The notes under the pieces: generated by a model | What the model saw: only the letters and a program-made list of their open reading frames with translations | Databases searched by the model: none | What the model was told of the DNA's origin: nothing | Part shown: one piece after another, positions 61,916 through 64,000 of the stretch | How the letters are laid out: each line of letters begins with the position of its first letter | Numbering within the stretch: position 1 is the stretch's first letter | Made by a program: the position numbers and the translations under genes | Source: Negativicutes bacterium | GTDB taxonomy: Bacteria > Bacillota > Negativicutes > UBA1444 | Reading direction: 5' to 3' | Length of the DNA: 64,000 nucleotides | NCBI GenBank assembly: GCA_963665275.2 | Contig: CAXXIN010000019.1 | Location: 1 to 64,000, forward strand

Positions 61916-62578
61916 ATCATCCGAATCATCACTTGGATACTGGCTTTGTTGATTATTTGCACTTCCACCGCATTCGCCAAACCGGAGATCGTTCTGAACA
62001 TCCCCGAATACACCCTTCGGCTGATTGATGGCCAAAGAGTACTGAAGCAATATGAGGTTGCTGTCGGAACCTCTATTGAGCAGACACCCGTGGGGAAATT
62101 CGCGGTCTTCTTTAAAGAAATCAACCCCACTTGGTATCCCGCATCGGGTTTTGTGGACAAGACTCCTGTGCCACCGGGTCCGGATAACCCCCTGGGAAGC
62201 CGTTGGATTGAATTCGCACCCGCCTTTGGAATCCATGGAACTCATAAAGTTTGGACCGTAGACTACCCGGTTTCTGGAGGCTGCGTGCGGATGTACAATC
62301 CTGACGTAGAAGAACTGTATGAACTTGTAGATATCGGCACGCCGGTTACGGTCACCTATGAGACGATAACATTGCTTGAGAAAAATGATGGACTCTATGT
62401 GAGAATTTTCTCTGATATCTACGACAAAAATACAACGACACGCGAAAAATATCTGGAGCTCATTGCACCCTTTAAAAATCGTTACAAATTCATCAATGAA
62501 CCGGTATGGCCCGTTAAAGTCGAGTTTGCTCAAATCGTTGAACTGAAAATCGGCGTACTTTCAGCGCGCAAAAAATAA
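61916..62578 (+). CDS. L,D-transpeptidase (YkuD family); start uncertain
   Basis: VAVG...TP.G, NPTW, PGPDNPLGSRWI, GIHGT, SGGCVRM. Confidence 0.88.
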   Translation: MIRIITWILALLIICTSTAFAKPEIVLNIPEYTLRLIDGQRVLKQYEVAVGTSIEQTPVGKFAVFFKEINPTWYPASGFVDKTPVPPGPDNPLGSRWIEFAPAFGIHGTHKVWTVDYPVSGGCVRMYNPDVEELYELVDIGTPVTVTYETITLLEKNDGLYVRIFSDIYDKNTTTREKYLELIAPFKNRYKFINEPVWPVKVEFAQIVELKIGVLSARKK

Positions 62579-62653
62579 GTGAGCCCTGGCTGAGGCAAGG
62601 ATATGCATCCCTCCCTCAAAACCGGGCTCACTTGCAGTACAATGGAACGATGA

Positions 62654-63241
62654 TTAAGACCCAATGATCACTTTGGCGCCTGGTTGAATGATGGAATATA
62701 ATTCTTCCAGATCAGAATCCAACATGGCAATGCAACCTTCTGTCCAGTCGATTTTTTCTTTGGTCAGGTCACCTCGACCGCCATGGATCCCGATCCAGCC
62801 GCCCAGTCTCGTATTCTGGGGCGGCAACGCTCCTCTCCGGTTAGCGTCGAGGATTGCATGATACTGTTCAACGCTGATGAGTTTTTGATTGACAGCACGT
62901 TCGGCATGACTTACATCCGGATAGCTGAGGCCCAACCAAGAGCGTCCCAGATAAGGATGATTGCCCAATTTTTCTTTGTCAGTAATGTAAAAAGTTCCTT
63001 CGGGAGTACGATTGTCGCCTTGTTGTATCTTGTCACCATCTGGATTGACACCAAAAACACAGGTATACTTTTTTACGGCGCGCCCCTCCTGGAAAAGAGT
63101 CAGCGTATGCGCCGACTTACTGATCACTAGCACCAATGGGTCCTTATCAACATCGGGAGAAGTCTGAGCAGCAAGAATCGCCGGCTGTCCGCACAGCAAC
63201 AGACCGGCTAGAAGCACCATTCCTATAAAACGTCTTTGCAT
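62654..63241 (-). CDS. YkuD-fold L,D-transpeptidase/carboxypeptidase (YafK-like)
   Basis: Signal peptide; K..QGDNRTPEG, LSYP, IGIHGG, WTEGCIA. Confidence 0.88.
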   Translation of the reverse strand: MQRRFIGMVLLAGLLLCGQPAILAAQTSPDVDKDPLVLVISKSAHTLTLFQEGRAVKKYTCVFGVNPDGDKIQQGDNRTPEGTFYITDKEKLGNHPYLGRSWLGLSYPDVSHAERAVNQKLISVEQYHAILDANRRGALPPQNTRLGGWIGIHGGRGDLTKEKIDWTEGCIAMLDSDLEELYSIIQPGAKVIIGS

Positions 63242-63378
63242 ATATTCACCTCAACGTCTTATTTTAACACATCACATAATTTAATGTTTCTCTATTGACA
63301 GTAAATATCCTGCTGTCAGGACGATTCATTCGATGATTGGCGGATTTTTCTGATACGGGAACTATTTAATACGGGAAC

Positions 63379-63427
63379 AAAAAGAATAGAATGGCTGCCG
63401 AAAACCGGCAGCCATTCTATTCTTTTT
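63379..63427. terminator. Intrinsic terminator downstream of nuoN
   Basis: aaaaagaatagaatggctgccg-aaaac-cggcagccattctattcttttt. Confidence 0.85.
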
Positions 63428-63528
63428 GTCTAATTATAAGACGAACATTTTGAAATCAAGCAAATCATATTCCACTTGTTATACTGTAAAATATAAATAT
63501 TTTTAATATTGTAATTCAATCGATTCAA

Positions 63529-64000
63529 CTAGCGCAGTAAAGACTTTACCGCTGCATCAGCCAATTGAGATAGCGGCCCTGGATAGACCCCCATCACCAG
63601 CGTCGCCGCCATGGCAAACAGCACTGTGAACTTCAGCGGAACTGCAATCTCAAACGAGCGTTCATCAGAGGGCTTACCGAGGAACATCGCTTTCACCACG
63701 TTGAGGTAGTAGTACACAGATACCATGGAAAGCACGAAGCCCATAACGGCAATGCTGAGATATCCGGCATCAATGACTGCCGAAAAGAGGAAGAATTTGC
63801 CCACGAATCCGGCCAAAGGAGGAATCCCTGCCATCGAAAGGAGCGATACAGTCATCGCCGCTGCCAGCATCGGGGCCTGGCGTGACAGTCCTGAAAAATC
63901 CGCAATGTTCTCGCCGCTCGTATGTTTGCTCACGGCGGCCACGACGCCGAAAGCGCCGACATTGGCGAACACATAAATCATCAGATAGAACAGCATGCCC
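63529..64000 (-). CDS. nuoN: NADH-quinone oxidoreductase subunit N (3' part, runs off the window)
   Basis: FYL..Y...N.GAF, LSMAGIPPLAGFVGKF, SVYYYL. Confidence 0.9.
   Translation of the reverse strand, partial: GMLFYLMIYVFANVGAFGVVAAVSKHTSGENIADFSGLSRQAPMLAAAMTVSLLSMAGIPPLAGFVGKFFLFSAVIDAGYLSIAVMGFVLSMVSVYYYLNVVKAMFLGKPSDERSFEIAVPLKFTVLFAMAATLVMGVYPGPLSQLADAAVKSLLR

Noticed and set aside
61233-62028. Repetitive alternative-frame ORFs and a periodic DNA repeat (possible CRISPR)
   Set aside because: By-product of MORN coding repeats; no identical repeats with unique spacers and no cas genes.

Overview
Bacterial chromosomal window. The gene content (yvcJ-yvcK-whiA, SCIFF pair, glpP, rpoN, menA, nuoN) suggests an anaerobic firmicute, probably Negativicutes (inference). 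Left end: cysE, hydE, a DASS transporter, then a decayed patch (chrA pseudogene, htpX remnant, orphan 3' half of tRNA-Ala resembling an attR site). About 5.9-25.9 kb is a mostly AT-richer, co-oriented (minus-strand) metabolic block and the main find. It centres on a divergent GlyA paralog carrying the signatures of alpha-methylserine (D-alanine) hydroxymethyltransferase. It also holds alanine racemase, alanine dehydrogenase, FolD, Fhs, an OFA-family transporter, FolE2/QueD/5-FCL, two transporter plus M20-hydrolase modules, a MetX-fold acyltransferase and a sigma54 activator with three -24/-12 promoters. Together these read as a candidate anaerobic pathway for alpha-methylserine or a conjugate of it, yielding pyruvate, ammonia and formate plus ATP. 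The rest is largely housekeeping: LytS/LytTR, MFS (frameshifted), two moeA, an Fe-S protein (frameshifted), menA-CPBP-polyprenyl synthase, glycerol/G3P genes (glpK, glpQ, ugpAEBC, glpABC, glpP), a GGDEF/HD-GYP insert, rpoN, scfAB, whiA-yvcK-rapZ, rhomboid, MORN, two L,D-transpeptidases and the 3' end of nuoN. No CRISPR array, rRNA, intact tRNA or transposase was seen. All family calls come from motif recognition, not database searches.
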